From assembly GCF_009914755.1 (NCBI RefSeq), contig NC_060945.1: 64,000 bases of DNA, one strand, 5' to 3'. Position numbers and translations under genes: made by a program. Below, piece after piece: positions 58,741 to 64,000 of this stretch. The notes beneath the pieces were generated by a model. It had not been told where the DNA came from and did no database searches. It saw only the letters and a list, made by a program, of their open reading frames with translations. The DNA is from the human T2T-CHM13v2.0 reference genome, Homo sapiens. Within the stretch, counting starts at the first letter, position 1. Every line of letters begins with the position of its first letter.

Positions 58741-59559
58741 GTATGCACACCAGCTTGCTCCATATTTATTCCCTTTGCACAGTTCATGCTGAACAGAGCT
58801 TCTTTAACTCTAATGTGGAAGAATTTCAAAGTGCTTAATGATTTACAAAAAATGCATTGTGCTGACATTACAGTGGCCAAAATTTTTCCCAGTTCTCATA
58901 GACTCAAGGCCAAGAAAATCTCACTGGTGTGATTAGAAATGAAAGGAAATTCTTAGAATCACTAAATAGTTGAAAAAGTATAGACCTGCTGGATTGTCGT
59001 TGCCCCTGTGAGTCACATTTCTATAATTAGGTCAGCATGCAGTTCTAAAAAAAATGGAGACAACTCAAATAAAATAAAATAAAGGCTTGAAGGAAGTTGG
59101 CTTGTGCAGAACACCAACTCACATGATTTTAATGTTCACACTATAAAGTAAATCAATGTTTGCACAAGCTGTAGGAAAAATTGTTAAATAACCACTCTAA
59201 AGAAGGCAATCTAGACATACAATTATGTGTGCCATTATTGAAGGGGTTAACCAGGGACCCAATCTGGGGGCCTTGAAGAGAAGTGAAAAATAGAATTCTC
59301 CAAGAATCAAACACACAGAATGGAAACATACAGTTCCCATTTGTATTAATTATGACTTTTTTGGTTGCAAGCAACAGATTCTTCTTATAGCTTGTTTAAC
59401 TACCGTAGGGGATATGGTATAATAACACAAGGTTGCCACACATGGATAGGGATGAATCTGGGCTCCTGAAGAGATTTGAATCAGTGGCTAAGGTTAAAAG
59501 TTAAAATGTAAAATAGACATATATGAGTGCATCTATGAAGTAGTGAGATTAGACAGATG

Positions 59560-60630
59560 AATTTATGAGTTTTCGATTTGTTAGATTGAAAACATAAATT
59601 TGGGTATCTGTAAAGCCATAAAACTGTACAGGATTAACTCAGGAGAGTATTTAGATGGAGAATAAAAATGATTAAGTTCTGTGTGCTGAGGTCCTCCATC
59701 ATTTTGGGCTCAGAAAAAGGAGGATAATCTCACAAAGGAGATGAAGAGAGAGAAGTAGGTGAGATAGGAGAAAGGCTGAGAGGCTGAGATTTCCTGAAAA
59801 TCTAATGCAAAAAGTTTTCAAGAAGAAGGAAGTGATAAACGCTAACAACTACTGTATTGAAGTGGAGTGAATTGGGACTAAGAGTTTTGGGGTTAACAAG
59901 ATAGAAGTTTGTGAAAATTTCGACAATCACATTTTCAGTGGCATAAGGGACGTAAAAGCCTGGCTGGGGGCTTTAAATAAAATGGAAGTGGTGGCAGTCA
60001 AATATTGATTTCTTTTTGAGGATTTTTGCTACAAGAATGGGAGTTAGGTAATAGACAGAGAGAAATGTGGAACCAAGGGAATGTTTGTTTTTGGTTTTGG
60101 TTGTTGTTGCTCTTGCTTTGTGTATTATTTCTATTTTTAATAGAGGAGAGAGTAATGAGTATCTGTATGCTGTTAGAAGTGATCCAAGATAAAGAAAAAC
60201 CTAATTATGGAAGAGATAGAAGAGTCATTGCAAGAGTAAAGTTCTTGGCTGGGCGTGGTGGCTCACGCCTGTAATCCCAGCACTTTGGGAGGCTGAGGCG
60301 GGCGGATCACGAGGTCAGGAGATCGAGACCATCCTGGCTAACACGGTGAAACCCCGTCTCTACTAAAAATACAAAAAAAAAAAAAAAAATTAGCTGGGTG
60401 TGGTGGTGGGCGCCTATAGTCCCAGCTACTCAGGAGGCTGAGGCAGGAGAATGGCATGAACCCAGGAGGCAGAGCTTGCAGCGAGCTGAGATAGCGCCAC
60501 TGCCCTCCAGCCTGGGCGAGAGAGCAAGACTCCATCTCAAAAAAAAAAAAAAAGAGTAAAGTTCTTAAGCTGATGAAAAGGTAAAGAATAAAAGGAAACA
60601 AGTGAGGAGGGAAAATGGGTCTGAGGAACA
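59560..60630 (-). mobile_element. L2 (L2a-like), interrupted by an AluY
   Basis: cacaaaggagatgaagagagag...gtttttcaagaagaaggaagtgat; boundaries approximate. Confidence 0.65.
60247..60551 (+). mobile_element. AluY
   Basis: gatcgagaccatcctggctaacacgg, gaatggcatgaacc, gagcttgc; perfect 15-bp TSD aagagtaaagttctt; expanded middle A-tract. Confidence 0.97.
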
Positions 60631-60639
60631 GGGAAGTAC

Positions 60640-64000
<3,361 letters not shown>

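Overview
AT-rich, repeat-dense primate (human-like) genomic DNA, apparently intergenic or deep intronic. I find no intact protein-coding gene, structural RNA gene or CpG island. The only gene-derived sequence is a full-length processed RPL10 pseudogene on the minus strand (49023-49799), with a 5' TOP tract, decayed poly(A), a 10-bp TSD and a single 1-bp frameshift. The rest is 15 Alu-family copies (FLAM, J, S, Y), L1s of several ages (including the 3' end of an L1PA running off the right edge), ERVL/MaLR/ERV1 LTRs, a deleted HERV-L provirus, MER20 and MER47 DNA transposons, L2/MIR/CR1 relics and microsatellites. I do not see a new multi-gene system. The structure that repeat annotation does not explain is: (i) a perfect 60-bp inverted repeat around a 154-bp spacer inside old L1 DNA (56011-56284); (ii) a perfect 22-bp inverted repeat plus a G4 motif inside an MLT2B LTR; (iii) two short non-tandem local duplications and a 21-bp direct repeat; (iv) a phase-perfect 27-bp array in an old L1 5' UTR. 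Repeat subfamily names come from my memory of consensus sequences and need RepeatMasker/Dfam confirmation.
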